Under the pieces are notes generated by a model. The model was not told the DNA's origin. It saw nothing but the letters and a program-made list of their open reading frames with translations, and did not search any database. From Rhina ancylostomus (lineage: Eukaryota): a stretch of 63,970 nt of DNA. The DNA is taken from positions 51,567,701-51,631,670 of the forward strand of contig JARFYF010000112.1 in assembly GCA_030265395.1 (NCBI GenBank), in the 5' to 3' direction. Both the position numbers and the translations under genes were made by a program. Positions 25,849 through 37,640 of this stretch are shown in pieces; positions within the stretch are counted from its first letter, which is position 1; every line of letters begins with the position of its first letter.

Positions 25849-26499
25849 TTTACACGGACATGTGGAGCAGAAAGAAAAACGAGGAACACGGCCGAATGAT
25901 AAAGTATCTGCATATACTCTATGGATCTCGACTTTGTTGGTTAGTTTACAACCGAATCCATTTCAGCAGAGGGGAATATATGAAGTGGTGATGGAATGAT
26001 ATGTAAATGATGGAGATGGGGATGCTGACACTGCTGCAAGCTAAGAAAAGTTTGAAATTGTGAATGGCATAAATAGAATAAAACAAAGGACATTAAATAT
26101 TTTAATATATTTGAAAGTAAGTATATCAACAGGCTGGGAAGCAGTACATCAAGTCAGTGATAACATCCACGGGAGGAAATTGCAAAGTACTTGCACCTTC
26201 TTCCCTGTCCAGGAATGTTATACCATAACATTGGCTTACTGCTAACACTGGACAATAATTTCAAGATGAAGGCAAAAAGTCTAATGATTACTGGCGAGTT
26301 TTAATTTAAGTGAAGAATGTTTTTATTTGAAAATAATTGAACGGATCTGTTGAAAATATCATTCAGAAATATACAGGCCAATTAAGGGCAACGGGCAATA
26401 ACGTGTGAAGAAAATCAGCGCCTTAATAATCTGATAGAAGGCATGCAGGAAAAGAAAGTGAACATTTACTCAGTTCAGAAAAGTGTCAGTTGATACCTT

Positions 26500-26574
26500 T
26501 GTCATGGTTCTGAGTTCTGGCCCTCAATTTGGCTCCATTAATGCCTTGTTGTCCAGCACATGGATTCTATGCTG
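26500..26574 (+). mobile_element. 5' end of ~406-bp LTR family (runs into gap)
   Basis: tgtcatggttctgagttctggccctcaatttggctcc... Confidence 0.8.
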
Positions 26575-27904
26575 NNNNNNNNNNNNNNNNNNNNNNNNNN
26601 NNNNNNNNNNNNNNNNNNNNNNNNNNNNNNNNNNNNNNNNNNNNNNNNNNNNNNNNNNNNNNNNNNNNNNNNNNNNNNNNNNNNNNNNNNNNNNNNNNNN
26701 NNNNNNNNNNNNNNNNNNNNNNNNNNNNNNNNNNNNNNNNNNNNNNNNNNNNNNNNNNNNNNNNNNNNNNNNNNNNNNNNNNNNNNNNNNNNNNNNNNNN
26801 NNNNNNNNNNNNNNNNNNNNNNNNNNNNNNNNNNNNNNNNNNNNNNNNNNNNNNNNNNNNNNNNNNNNNNNNNNNNNNNNNNNNNNNNNNNNNNNNNNNN
26901 NNNNNNNNNNNNNNNNNNNNNNNNNNNNNNNNNNNNNNNNNNNNNNNNNNNNNNNNNNNNNNNNNNNNNNNNNNNNNNNNNNNNNNNNNNNNNNNNNNNN
27001 NNNNNNNNNNNNNNNNNNNNNNNNNNNNNNNNNNNNNNNNNNNNNNNNNNNNNNNNNNNNNNNNNNNNNNNNNNNNNNNNNNNNNNNNNNNNNNNNNNNN
27101 NNNNNNNNNNNNNNNNNNNNNNNNNNNNNNNNNNNNNNNNNNNNNNNNNNNNNNNNNNNNNNNNNNNNNNNNNNNNNNNNNNNNNNNNNNNNNNNNNNNN
27201 NNNNNNNNNNNNNNNNNNNNNNNNNNNNNNNNNNNNNNNNNNNNNNNNNNNNNNNNNNNNNNNNNNNNNNNNCACGTACTTCTCGATCTGTGATTGCGGT
27301 GACTGTACTTTCCACAGCTCCAGTAACGTCAACAGTGAACATGCTGCACATTACCTCAACGCAAATATTGATGGACACATTTGGAGTGAATATTATGATC
27401 CCTGCTAAACATTCATTTCAGTGGGCTTTATCCTTAATTCATATCTCAACATGGATCTACAACCTTTCCTTCGGGTAAATTTGAACATACAATCCTGAGT
27501 AGGCTTTCCCAAGGCACAGCGCTGATAAGCGTAAATATTACCTTTTGCATCTGGAGAGATAGTTAACTTTATTTATTTTCCGGCAGAGTAACAATACTAA
27601 TTGCGCATTCCTTCGTAATATAAACAACCATGAGTTAGGCTTTCATCATTCTCGCCAATGCTCAATTTATTGCTTTGATTTTCACAACAAATTTTATAAA
27701 AATGTGTTTTGTGTATTCAAACAGCAACATTAAAACAGGATTTAATGAATTCTATTATATGTATTTTTGTATAAATTGGGGAACCCTAGAAAATCGGAAA
27801 TCTCCGTGTATGTATTCCTAGTTACATTCCATAACCAACCTGAAATCGTAACAATTCAACGTTTCTCATCTGTATCACCATAACATTTCTACTCATACCA
27901 TTGA

Positions 27905-28555
27905 GTCTTTGAGACATACACTACAGAAGCTGGCCCGTCAGCGCAGCATTCCATGCTGACGATCAGTTACCATTAAGATTTTCTGCATGTTGATACTAAC
28001 CTAAAACTCATTTGGAACCCTTTTTTCAAGGGAAAATCATGGTGTTCTTTACCGCAATCAGATTTCTCCTCTGCCTTTTCTGATCCAAGGAAAGCAAACA
28101 CAAATTGCCAGTTATTCGTCAGAGTTAAAGATCCCCATCACAGGCAAAAACCTGTTAAATTTCTTCTATCCTCCATCCAGAGCAATTGCGTTTTTTTCGA
28201 CAGTGTGACGAACAGTGCAGAGCACTGTACTCCAACAGTGGCCGAAAAATATTCTGTAAAACATACAGTATATCCTCTCTGATTTAAAATTATTTGATTC
28301 CGTATTGGAAGCAAATGACTTGAATGCCTTCTTAACCACTTGAGCTTCTTGTGCTGCCACCGTCATGGATTCTGCGACATTAAGATCAAATGAATATTCC
28401 ATAAAATTGCATAAAGACTGTCATTCACTGTTCCTCATTGTAGTAACCGCTCAACCTGAATTACGCCACACGTGACAAGATAAAATTTCATCTGACACTG
28501 CTCTGTCCATTTTAACTCAGCTCGATCATGTTATAGCGGATAACAGCCTTCCTCA
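27905..28555 (-). mobile_element. Old degenerate CR1 3' fragment
   Basis: Minus-strand VVKKAFKSFA...GHCWSTVLCTVRHTVEKNAIALDG-type remnants and a CR1-like tail. Confidence 0.55.
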
Positions 28556-28559
28556 CGAT

Positions 28560-29880
28560 CATCAGAACACAGAACTGTACAGCATAGGAAGAGGTCCCAC
28601 GGTGTTGTGCCGAAATAAACTAAACTGATTAAGTCCTAACTAAACTAATCTCTTCTACCTTCACATTCTTTTTACCTCTGCATTATTTGCACATTCATGT
28701 GCAAATCTAAGAGCTTATTTAAAGACCTGTATCGTATGATCCTCCATGACCAATCTTGGGAAAGCATCTAGGTACCCACTACTTTCTGTGTAAAAGAAGC
28801 TAGCCCCTCACACCTCCTTTGTACGAAACTCCCCACCTTAAATGCATGCCCTCGAGTATTAACCATTTTGGACTTAGTAACTCCATACTGGATAACAACT
28901 CTATCTATTCTTCTCCGAATTTTATGTATTTTAATCATCCTCCACCTTGAAAGTGAAAATAATCCAAGGTTTTCCGACCTTTTCATATAGCACATGCCCT
29001 CTGGTCTAGACAGCGAGCAGGTAAATTCCTGCACCTTGCCAAATGCTTCCACATACTTCCCATGATGGGAAGACCTGAATCGAATGCAATATTCCTGATG
29101 CGGCCTGACCAAAGATATAAAAAACTGAAACGTAACTTCCTAACTCTTGCATTCAATGCCTTGATTAATAAAGGCAAACATACCATACGCCTGTCCACCT
29201 GTACAGCCGCGTTCAGGGAACAGTGAACTTGGACCACAAGATACCTATATGCATGAACATTGTTAGTGGTCTGGCCATTATCTGTGTCCAGTCCCTTTAC
29301 AGATGGTCTCACAAAGTGAAGGACCTCAGATTTGGCCGGGTTAAACTCCATGTCCTATTTATACGCTCAAATTCCGCTGTATACTTTGGCAATCTTCTAC
29401 ACTATCCACAACGTCACCAATTTTTTTAAATCTGCGAATTTACTAATTCACCTATCTATGTTTTGATCGATATCATATATTACAAATATCAGAGGTTCCA
29501 GTATGCATCGCTGTGTTACACCACTAATCACAGACTTCCAACCATAATAAACAGATCGACCACTACCCTCTGTCATCTTTGGGCAGGCCAATTTTGAATC
29601 CGAACGCCTAATTCACTGTTGGCCCCATGCATCTTAATCTTCTGGAGGAACGTGCAATGAGGGACCTTGTCAAATGGCTTGCTAAAATCCATGTAGACAA
29701 CATCACAGCTCTTCCTTCATCAATCATCTCTGTCAACTCCTCAAAATACCTAATGAAGTTGGCAACACATGACTTGGCCCTCACAAAGCCATCCTGACTG
29801 TTCCTAATTAGCCATTGGGTTTCCAAATAATCATAAATCCTATCCCTGAGGGTTTTCTCCAAAATATTCCCTGCTGCTGA
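28560..29880 (-). mobile_element. CR1 LINE 3' part (degenerate RT)
   Basis: LRDRIYDYLE...SQDGFVRAKSC, MEFNPAKSEVLHF, VRPHQEYCIRF and a 3' tail. Confidence 0.88.
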
Positions 29881-30639
29881 CGTCAGATGCTCATCACCGA
29901 TTTCCGTGTTATCTCTATCTGACTGGCAGAGCTTATCACATGCAAGGTTACTAATGCATATAGCAAGTGTATAACAAAGTATAGGTCAAAGACCTATCGA
30001 TATGGAGTACACTACTCAGAGGTTTCCAAACGTCAAACCAACACCCCACCTTCAAAACCTGTATAGTAATACCAAACTCGATTTATATTTCCCATTGTGC
30101 GCTTGATCCCATCGGTTTACCTGCTTCGAGCAGGCTCCAATGTATGTTATTTTGAAAGGCCTTTCTATAGTTCGTGAGCATCACCTTAACCACATCATTT
30201 TAATTGTTCAATCTGGACCACTTTGTAACACAGCCTTACACAAGACCTTAAAAGTCCTGCCTCTCAAAGGCAGGTTAATTCTGTCTTCTACAATTTTCTT
30301 CCACTATGTCTTTACTGGTGCTATTAGATTCTCTGGTGTGCATTTATATATTTTGTCCTTGGTGTTCATCTTGAGCAAGTGTACCAAATTTCGCTGGTAA
30401 CTTCGCAGACAAGCAGTAACTGATTGGCATCTGGGTCTCGCAGTACAAATTGTCCAGAGGTTCGGTGATATCATGGAGTCAGAAGATATGAGCATAGCCG
30501 GTCCATATCTTGAGTCCACATCGATCACCAAGAAATAATTAACGCTAAATCCTACTGGATCCGCCTTTCCGTCAATCTCCAACAACCACAAACCAAAGCT
30601 TGCACCAGTATGATGCTATCCGATTGTCCATTGATACTG

Positions 30640-30790
30640 GTCAATTAATCTAACAACTTGTATGTCTTTGGTTTGAGTGAGAAAAACGGAGCATCAGAAG
30701 GAAAGCAACGCAATATCAATGCGAAATGCATCAACTCCACGCAGACAGAGCCGGAGTTCAGGATTGATCTCAAATTTGGTGAAGCTGTGC
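30640..30790 (-). mobile_element. Degenerate V-SINE
   Basis: Minus strand ctctgtctgcgtggagttgatgcatt...gatgctccgtttttctc...ccaaagacatac, a V-domain remnant. Confidence 0.55.
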
Positions 30791-31859
30791 GGAAGTAGAA
30801 TTTTCTATTTGTGGCGCTGAGCTTCCACTGATCTAATTCCTTCTCCTGCACTTTGAAGGCAGGATAACCTTGTAATTCTGCTTGGATTGATTTGTATCTA
30901 CATCCCTCATTACAGCGGCACCATCCATAACTATGTTACTTTACCTCCATTATCTTGTTGGACTTCCTCTGCTGCAGTGCCAGTTTGCTCGTCCTCTACT
31001 TAACCCCACATTTGTCATGAAAGTATGAATTAAATTCTTATTTATTGTTAACGTGCTTGTTTTCAAGTTTGATCAACACTATTTCTGGAATATTGGTGGT
31101 CCCAACCCCAATCCCCATAAGCATCATTATATTAAAACTTTTATCTAAGAGGTTTGGCACCTCTTCGAGAAAATGTTACAGGTAACTTTCTCCCTACCAG
31201 AGTGACTTCTGCAGAAGGGAGTCCAACTCCTCTTCATGGTGCTCAGGTAATAGGAACACAACTATTTACAGATGATTGAGTATTCTCGCACAATAAGTTC
31301 AAGCATCTCTCGTTTTCCAGCAGTAACACGCCTTGAGTCCTCCCGTTATTTATATGTTTGATTAATTAGTTGTCACTGCATTCAGTTTCACCCATGACAA
31401 TGAGTTTAATTTTTAATATTTACTTAAGTATACGTTAGCTAGAAATATAGGCCAGGTCATTACCATTCTCTTCCCTGCTGTTCGATATTATGTCGTTGCT
31501 TTAATTTATTGATGTTTTAAATCCCTGGGTGGTAATGCTTGGTTATGAACTATCAAAGGAAAAGATGGTGCAGACCTGTTCCTAAAATCCTTCTCCTGTC
31601 TCCAAATCATGACCTCAAACTAAGCTGCCAGTCCCTTTCATAGACCGCTGCTTCCAAATCATGAATCTGCACGGATTAAGCTGCACTAAAAACAAGATGA
31701 AACCCCACAGCAGTCAATCATAGCTTTATTACATTTCCATATTTTTTGCATTTCCGTACTGCTGTCTTACTTTGCACACCACCAGCCTCCATATTCAAGG
31801 AATTGTAGAGGCTAGCTACGCTGAAGTAAAATACGAGATGATGGTTTGAAGTCGAAGAG

Positions 31860-32136
31860 TCGAATAAACGACCGGGGCGCGCTGCCGCTTTAATACTCAC
31901 TGTTCCCGCGCTGACGTCAAGCGAGAGTCACGTGACCTTCCCGCGCGTGGGCTTTCTAACCCNNNNNNNNNNNNNNNNNNNNNNNNNNNNNNNNNNNNNN
32001 NNNNNNNNNNNNNNNNNNNNNNNNNNNNNNNNNNNNNNNNNNNNTCTAACCCAACGAAGAAGTAGGAGTGTCCAGCGCCATCTTCTGGGCCTCCGACGAA
32101 TCTCGCGATCTGGGAGCCGGTTCGTTAACGGTAAGT
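31860..32136 (+). promoter_or_regulatory. CpG-rich promoter-like region with putative first-exon donor
   Basis: CRE TGACGTCA 31912-31919; palindromic E-box GTCACGTGAC 31927-31936; YY1-like CGCCATCTT 32076-32084; TCTCGCGA 32101-32108; donor acg|gtaagt at 32131. CpG density is locally high. Confidence 0.6.
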
Positions 32137-34127
32137 CGCTACAGGATCATGATTCTGAAATACTCTAGCCTGATTTGTTTCTCTAATCAAAGATCCCTCA
32201 TCTGAAAGTTTAACTGTTGCTCTTTCCACAGCTGCTGTCTGACCTGCTCAGTTTGTTCCAGCATTTTCGTTTCTTTTTTTCTGTTTTTTTATTGGAATCA
32301 ATAGGTACCGCGAAGAGCAAAGCATATTTTCGGTGGATGGTTGTGAAAAGAAATTGAAATTAATTCAAAAGCAATTCAAAACAAAGCAGATCATTAATAT
32401 ACGAAATAAAACCTGATAATGCTAGTCGGCACATCAACCATCATCAATAGAAGAGGAGCAGTGGCACCGTTTCAGGTTAGCGACACTTCATGAGAAACTG
32501 AAAATTGAGAAAACGTACGAGTTTTAGTTTGCAAAGAGCTGAAGAACTGGACAGAACAAATGGAATGTTTGTGATCCGCTGCAACGCACAATTCTCAGGG
32601 CAAGAATTACTTGCAGTAAGAAGGACAGAAGAAGAGACAAGTCGGGAAGAAAATCAATGAATTAGAAACGAAATGCAGGAACGTTTGTTGAGAAATAAGG
32701 AACTTTCCTGAAATTATTTTAAAAAATATTAAATTCAGATAACTGCAACATATCCAGGCAGAAGATAAGCTGGTGTCACTCCATCTGCCTTTGAGCCTCA
32801 GCAACGCAATACAGGTGGCCGGAGGCACGGAGGTCGGAGTTGGATTGGAATGGGAAGTTAACATTACATGTTAGGGTCACCTTTTGCGCTTTCGATTGAG
32901 TGTTCTGTAAGGACTGTTTCGTTACCTGTGTTATGGGAAAGGAAGAGATAAGGAGAGAGATTTCGCATAATGTTTGGTGGTACGCTGCCTTGCACTTTGC
33001 TCCGACTCTGTCCAGGGTAAGTTAGAGGAAGAATACTGATGTATCATCAAGACATAACACAACTTCCAAGATTTGTTTTAACAATTTTAACAAAAGCGCC
33101 TTCTTGTCGGTCTCTGCATATTTGGTTGTACCGTTCAGTTTCCATTTACGTACACCTAATTTTATTTCCTGCGTCAAAACGTTGTTTATTGAAATAATTG
33201 TTAAGCTGACAACTTTGGTCTGTATCCGATCACTGACATGTCCTTTGTTCACTCCACTTCTTCTTCGCTCTGCTAATTCAAACCGGCCGATTCACTCGCT
33301 TTCCGGTCATAATTTTCGGTCCTGAACCGAATATGTGATACCTCCTTGTCTCCCCTTAGATGCTGTTTGACGATGCGTGTTTATAACATTTGTTGTTTTA
33401 ATTTGGGATAGGCGTGAAACCTGTCGGTGTTTTTGACCACTTCACGGGCAGATGCGTTTCAAGAATATTCGATTGCTCAAGGGTGGAGTGGAAAGTTTCT
33501 TCAACAACAGTGTTTGGACATCCTCCAGTGCAGCTCAGGTCCCTCTATTCTCTTGGTCAACTTTTGTTTCCAGAACCTTTTCAACTCATGACAACTTATC
33601 TAGGACCAATGCTCACAAAAAGCGCAGGGAAATCTCAGTCCACCTGTTAGTGGAATTCGAGAAATAATAGCAGACAGTAGGAGCTCATTTGTGCCACCAT
33701 GTTAGTCATATTTAATAACAAGCCAGATAACCAGTTCCTGGTCCCATCGCTCAAATGGTTTGCATTTATACATCTCATTTTCTGTCGTGCAGACACATTG
33801 CTTAAATCTGTAAATTCTGTTCACACTCCACCTTCTTCAGGAGCAATGCAGCTCTAATTTGATAATATTGCAGACTGGTAGCCAGAGGCTAACTAAGTGC
33901 ATATATGGGTGAAGACTCCCGGAAATTAAAGCCTTTCTCGTGAAGCAGTGAGTAAATTCAGTCTGAATTCACTTTTATTTACAAGATTTTTAATTAGTTA
34001 ATCTGTTCAGGATATATAGTGTCCAATCATTCAAGGAATCAATCCACGGTATTACCACGGGCATTTTCCACACTAATCGAATATAAATTCTCATCTTGCG
34101 CACATACATGGATAAATAATACCGTTA

Positions 34128-34670
34128 AGAACATAAGAAATATGAGGATTAGACCATATGGCCGTTGAACCTGTTCCGCCATTCAATAAGGTCATGTCTG
34201 ATCTGAAAGTGGACTCAGATGCACCGACATGCCTTTTCCCCATAATCCTTAATTCCTCTATTATACAAAAATCTATCGAATTGTGTCTTAGGCATATTCA
34301 ATGAGGTAGTCACTACTGCTTCACTGGCAGAAAATTCCACAGAGTCACTTGTCTGGCCGAAACATCTTCCCCTCATCACCGTCCTAAATATATTGCCCTG
34401 AATATTGTGGCTCTATCCCCCAGTTCTAGTATCAACTACAGTGGAAACGACATTCTGGCCTCTGTTTTATCTGTCACTTGCATTATTATATTTGTTGCTA
34501 TGATACCCTCTCATTATTCTTAATTCCAGAGAATATAGTCCCAGGCGAATCACTCTCTCCTCATATGCTAGCACTCTCATCTCTGGAATCAACCTGGTGA
34601 ACACGCTCTGCACAACCCCCAAAGCCAATATATCCTTCCTCAAGTAAGGAGACACAAACTACACGAAAGT
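34128..34670 (-). mobile_element. CR1 LINE 3' end
   Basis: SPYLRKDILALGVVQSVFTRLIPEMRVLAYEERVIRLGLYSLE and an (aagaacat)-type tail. Confidence 0.85.
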
Positions 34671-34770
34671 NNNNNNNNNNNNNNNNNNNNNNNNNNNNNN
34701 NNNNNNNNNNNNNNNNNNNNNNNNNNNNNNNNNNNNNNNNNNNNNNNNNNNNNNNNNNNNNNNNNNNNNN

Positions 34771-34879
34771 TAAATTTCTTTACTGCTTCAAGATTTAGCC
34801 CTGCAGCAATGTTCAGCAAATAAATCTTCCTCATCCCCAGCAATCCCTCAGGATTAGGCTTTTTCAAAAATGCCTCCAT
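34771..34879 (-). CDS. Gag N-terminus of a Gypsy-type (Gmr1-like) LTR retrotransposon, cut by gap
   Basis: ATG ~150 bp downstream of the PBS. MEAFLKKPNPEGLLGMRKIYLLNIAAGLNLEAVKK resembles, from recall, the F..P..E.L...RK..LL.IA N-terminal pattern of fish Gypsy Gag proteins. Confidence 0.55.
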
Positions 34880-35047
34880 TGTTGCTAGTTTCTACACACA
34901 CAAACCAACCAAAAAGAATTTTATCAGACCAACAATCAGTCGTCCAATAAGACCCCAATTTGTTCAAACCCAGACCACTAGCATCAGTCGTGAGTTCGAT
35001 TACAGGCATCCTCGTCAATTTTGGGATCGATCCCGGACGTATGATTC

Positions 35048-35121
35048 GGGCTATAACCCGAGGGGTATGATTTTCGCTTGGGGTGCAAGAGGCCCCGGGT
35101 TCAAATCCCGGACGAGCCCCA
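35048..35121 (+). pseudogene. tRNA-Pro copy (anticodon GGG, 5' end replaced) forming an extended PBS of the LTR element on the minus strand
   Basis: 35061-35119 matches vertebrate tRNA-Pro positions ~14-72 (AGGGGTATGATT.TCGCTT GGG GTGC.AGAGG.CCCGGGTTCAAATCCCGGACGAGCCC), followed by CA. The minus strand reads TGGGGCTCGTCCGGGAT 4 nt after the LTR end. Confidence 0.85.
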
Positions 35122-35125
35122 ATTT

Positions 35126-35802
35126 TGTTACGAATCAACAACAAAAAGAAACACACCGAGTTATGTATATGTGTTAGAAACTATTTTATTATTAACTACT
35201 TATAATTATAAGAAAAATGTTAGATATGAAACGTTAACACCCAGAACTAATCCCGAAGTGTATGTGGCAAATTCCCAAACTCTCAGTCCAAGAATAGCTC
35301 GCAAAGTTCAGTTCAGCAAGCTATAAGGTGAAACATGAGCAAAGGCTTTTGCAAAACCGCCGTTAACTGAAGAGAAATTGCGAAGAGAATATAACGAGAA
35401 GTTACGAAATTAAAATGTTCCATGATGGAACCCATACGTCAGCTCAGTCACTAATGATCTCCAATGTTTTGTTCCCAAATTTCTGCCACCCTAAAAGGGA
35501 TTCGAGACTAGCCGTCTACAGAAATACCTGTTTCCTTCTACAGATTAACGACAAAGTGGGCTCCACTGGGTTATTCCAAAAACACATGCGTGGATTGGAG
35601 TGACAGACACATTTATTGTTTTTCATCCATCGATACAGAGACCATCAAGCAATATCTCTCTCTCTTCCTCTCTCTCTTTTCTGACTGCCAAAACTTCAGC
35701 ACGTCGTTTCCTCCTACAGTTGTCGAAATGACGCCACACACACACACACACCTGCACGATGTCTTAAAAGAACATTCACCACTATTAACCTAATCCGAGA
35801 CA
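35126..35802 (-). mobile_element. 5' LTR of Gypsy-type retrotransposon
   Basis: Minus strand begins TGTCTCGGAT and ends ATTCGTAACA (7/10 inverted match). AATAAA (35185-35190) is followed by a GT-rich tract before the end. It is directly followed by a PBS-Pro and has no matching TSD, so it is not a solo LTR. The far boundary is less certain. Confidence 0.65.
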
Positions 35803-35949
35803 GTGCGTTTGTGGAGTAAAGTCAAAAAGACTGATACTTCAAAATATCGTATTGAGCATGGATCTCAGGATTGCAAACGACCGCCAGAGCGGGTAATGCT
35901 GTAGCTCGTTGTTCTTATGAGCCTGCTTAAATACTGTGTAGCAGTGATG

Positions 35950-37640
35950 AAGTGTTGGCTTTGCACGTTCTTCCCATTGCAGCGTATATTTCCCCCGGAT
36001 TTTGTACATTCCTGCTTCTTCGCCAATATGCTTTGCTATTTCAATTGACTGTGAAGAATTTTCCCCAGAGTAGGTGGACGATTGGACAATCAGCGTGGAG
36101 TTGGTGTGCAGGTCAGAACGAATAGGTTGCAGGAAATATGTGTGGGACAGGATTGTTTGCAAAAGGATGGTTGAGCCAAGTTTGTGCAGAGACAAAATCT
36201 GGTTTCATTAAATTCATACTATTCAATTGAGTATTATGTACTAAAATTTGAAACTGTCTCAATAGAATATTACTCAGGCGGCGGTAGGAGCACGTTGCCG
36301 AAGCCAAGCAAATGGGAGTGGGAATGGACGGAAAAACTCAAGTAAATAGTGACTGGACGTTGGCTTGCAAATACGATGCTAGTACTATGAAAGAACAGGA
36401 TGTTACATATGTTGGATGCTGAGAAGTGATGAGGAAAAAGGCAGCTTTCACATCTTCTCTGTCTAGCTGGTAATGTTTCCGAAGAAGGGGAGAAGTGAAT
36501 AGAATCTGACGTGTCCGTTTCCTGCCTACTACGTTTCTCCAGCGTTGGCCAATATAAGCTCAACGAATAGCAACCATCTTCCATCAACTCATATAACGTG
36601 ACTGTCACAGATGAATGTTACATATAATAATTTCAGGCAACATGCCAGTTATCGATTTCCACTTCTGCGGCTTCGGCTTTCCGTTTCAATATGATTATTA
36701 TTGTCTTCTCTCTCCAACTTATAATTCTTCAAATAATTGATAATTTCAGAACTATGTCCTATGGGACATCTCAGTAATTCCCTCTATTCTATCCTCTCTG
36801 CTACTTAAATGGTGCCTCTGTACGCACGTCTCCCGTTACAACGCAGGATTCTTAACCTGATATGCTGATCCTCATTGCACCGCCGTAGTTGCGCATTGGC
36901 CTGCTGCGCATTTCCAATGTTAATACTTTATACGCGTGCAGCTTGTCCAAGGTTTTTCACTACAACCTGAACATATATTTGTGTCCACAAATCGTGGGAC
37001 ATAACTCTTTCAACTTAGTTACTGGAGCTTCCTCTACTTCAGCTCGATTTCACCAAACCAACCACCCCAATCTTCCAGAAGAAATTCACATCCTGACACA
37101 TGACTAATTCGGGAACACTTTTCTTGAAACAGTGTTCGCAGACACCCCACAAAGCCAAGGCTTCAGTGTAATTATTCATGGAACACTCGACTCCATATCG
37201 GATAATGATCAACCATTATACCATTGAATGTCACCAAAGAGCTTCAAAACCAACACCACCTTCGCGGAAAACCCGTAATTCATAACTTCTCAAAAACAAA
37301 CCGAATTAATCGTTAAATGTGATGCGGAAATTTGCCTCTACATACGTTCAGATCCTGAGCTCGGGACGCCTACGATCCTCTGGACGAGTGCATTTCCTTT
37401 ATCTCCACCGTAATCATTTTTACAAGTTCTTCCCTGAGATATCTGACATTCTGTGTGACGACATCCAGCTTTGTTCATGGGCCTGGGTGACCATCAGTGC
37501 GGAGGTCGGTGATGCAGACACTCTTACCTTGCTAGCCTCAGGATTGTCCCAAGCATCACTGCATACTGCTCCATGCAGCGTTGGAGAGGGTTTCAAACGT
37601 TGAAGCAGAACATTTTGTAGATCGACTGCGTTCAGTAATT
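35950..37640. mobile_element. Highly degenerate Penelope-like remnants
   Basis: Scattered faint similarity only; no clean ORF. Confidence 0.25.

Larger units (their letters stand above)
20150..31300 (+). other. Segmental duplicate of window positions ~1-9960 (interrupted by independent TE insertions)
   Basis: Colinear intronic and flanking similarity: 1-330~20150-20450, 1150-1990~21140-21940, 3330-3400~23310-23385, 5840-7300~23790-25270, 7900-8170~26200-26490, 8850-9260~27330-27750, 9620-9980~31000-31300. Confidence 0.85.

Noticed and set aside
26483-27478. Long ORFs in the track, here and at other gaps
   Set aside because: They consist mostly of N-derived X residues.
34960-35010. Minus-strand peptide ELTTDASGLG resembling an RNase H TDAS motif
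   Set aside because: It lies between the PBS and the gag ATG, i.e. in the leader, with no other RNase H or RT motifs; most likely coincidence.
35048-35119. Functional tRNA-Pro gene
   Set aside because: The first ~13 nt (acceptor 5' strand and A-box) are replaced, the anticodon stem has mismatches, and the context is an LTR-PBS junction.
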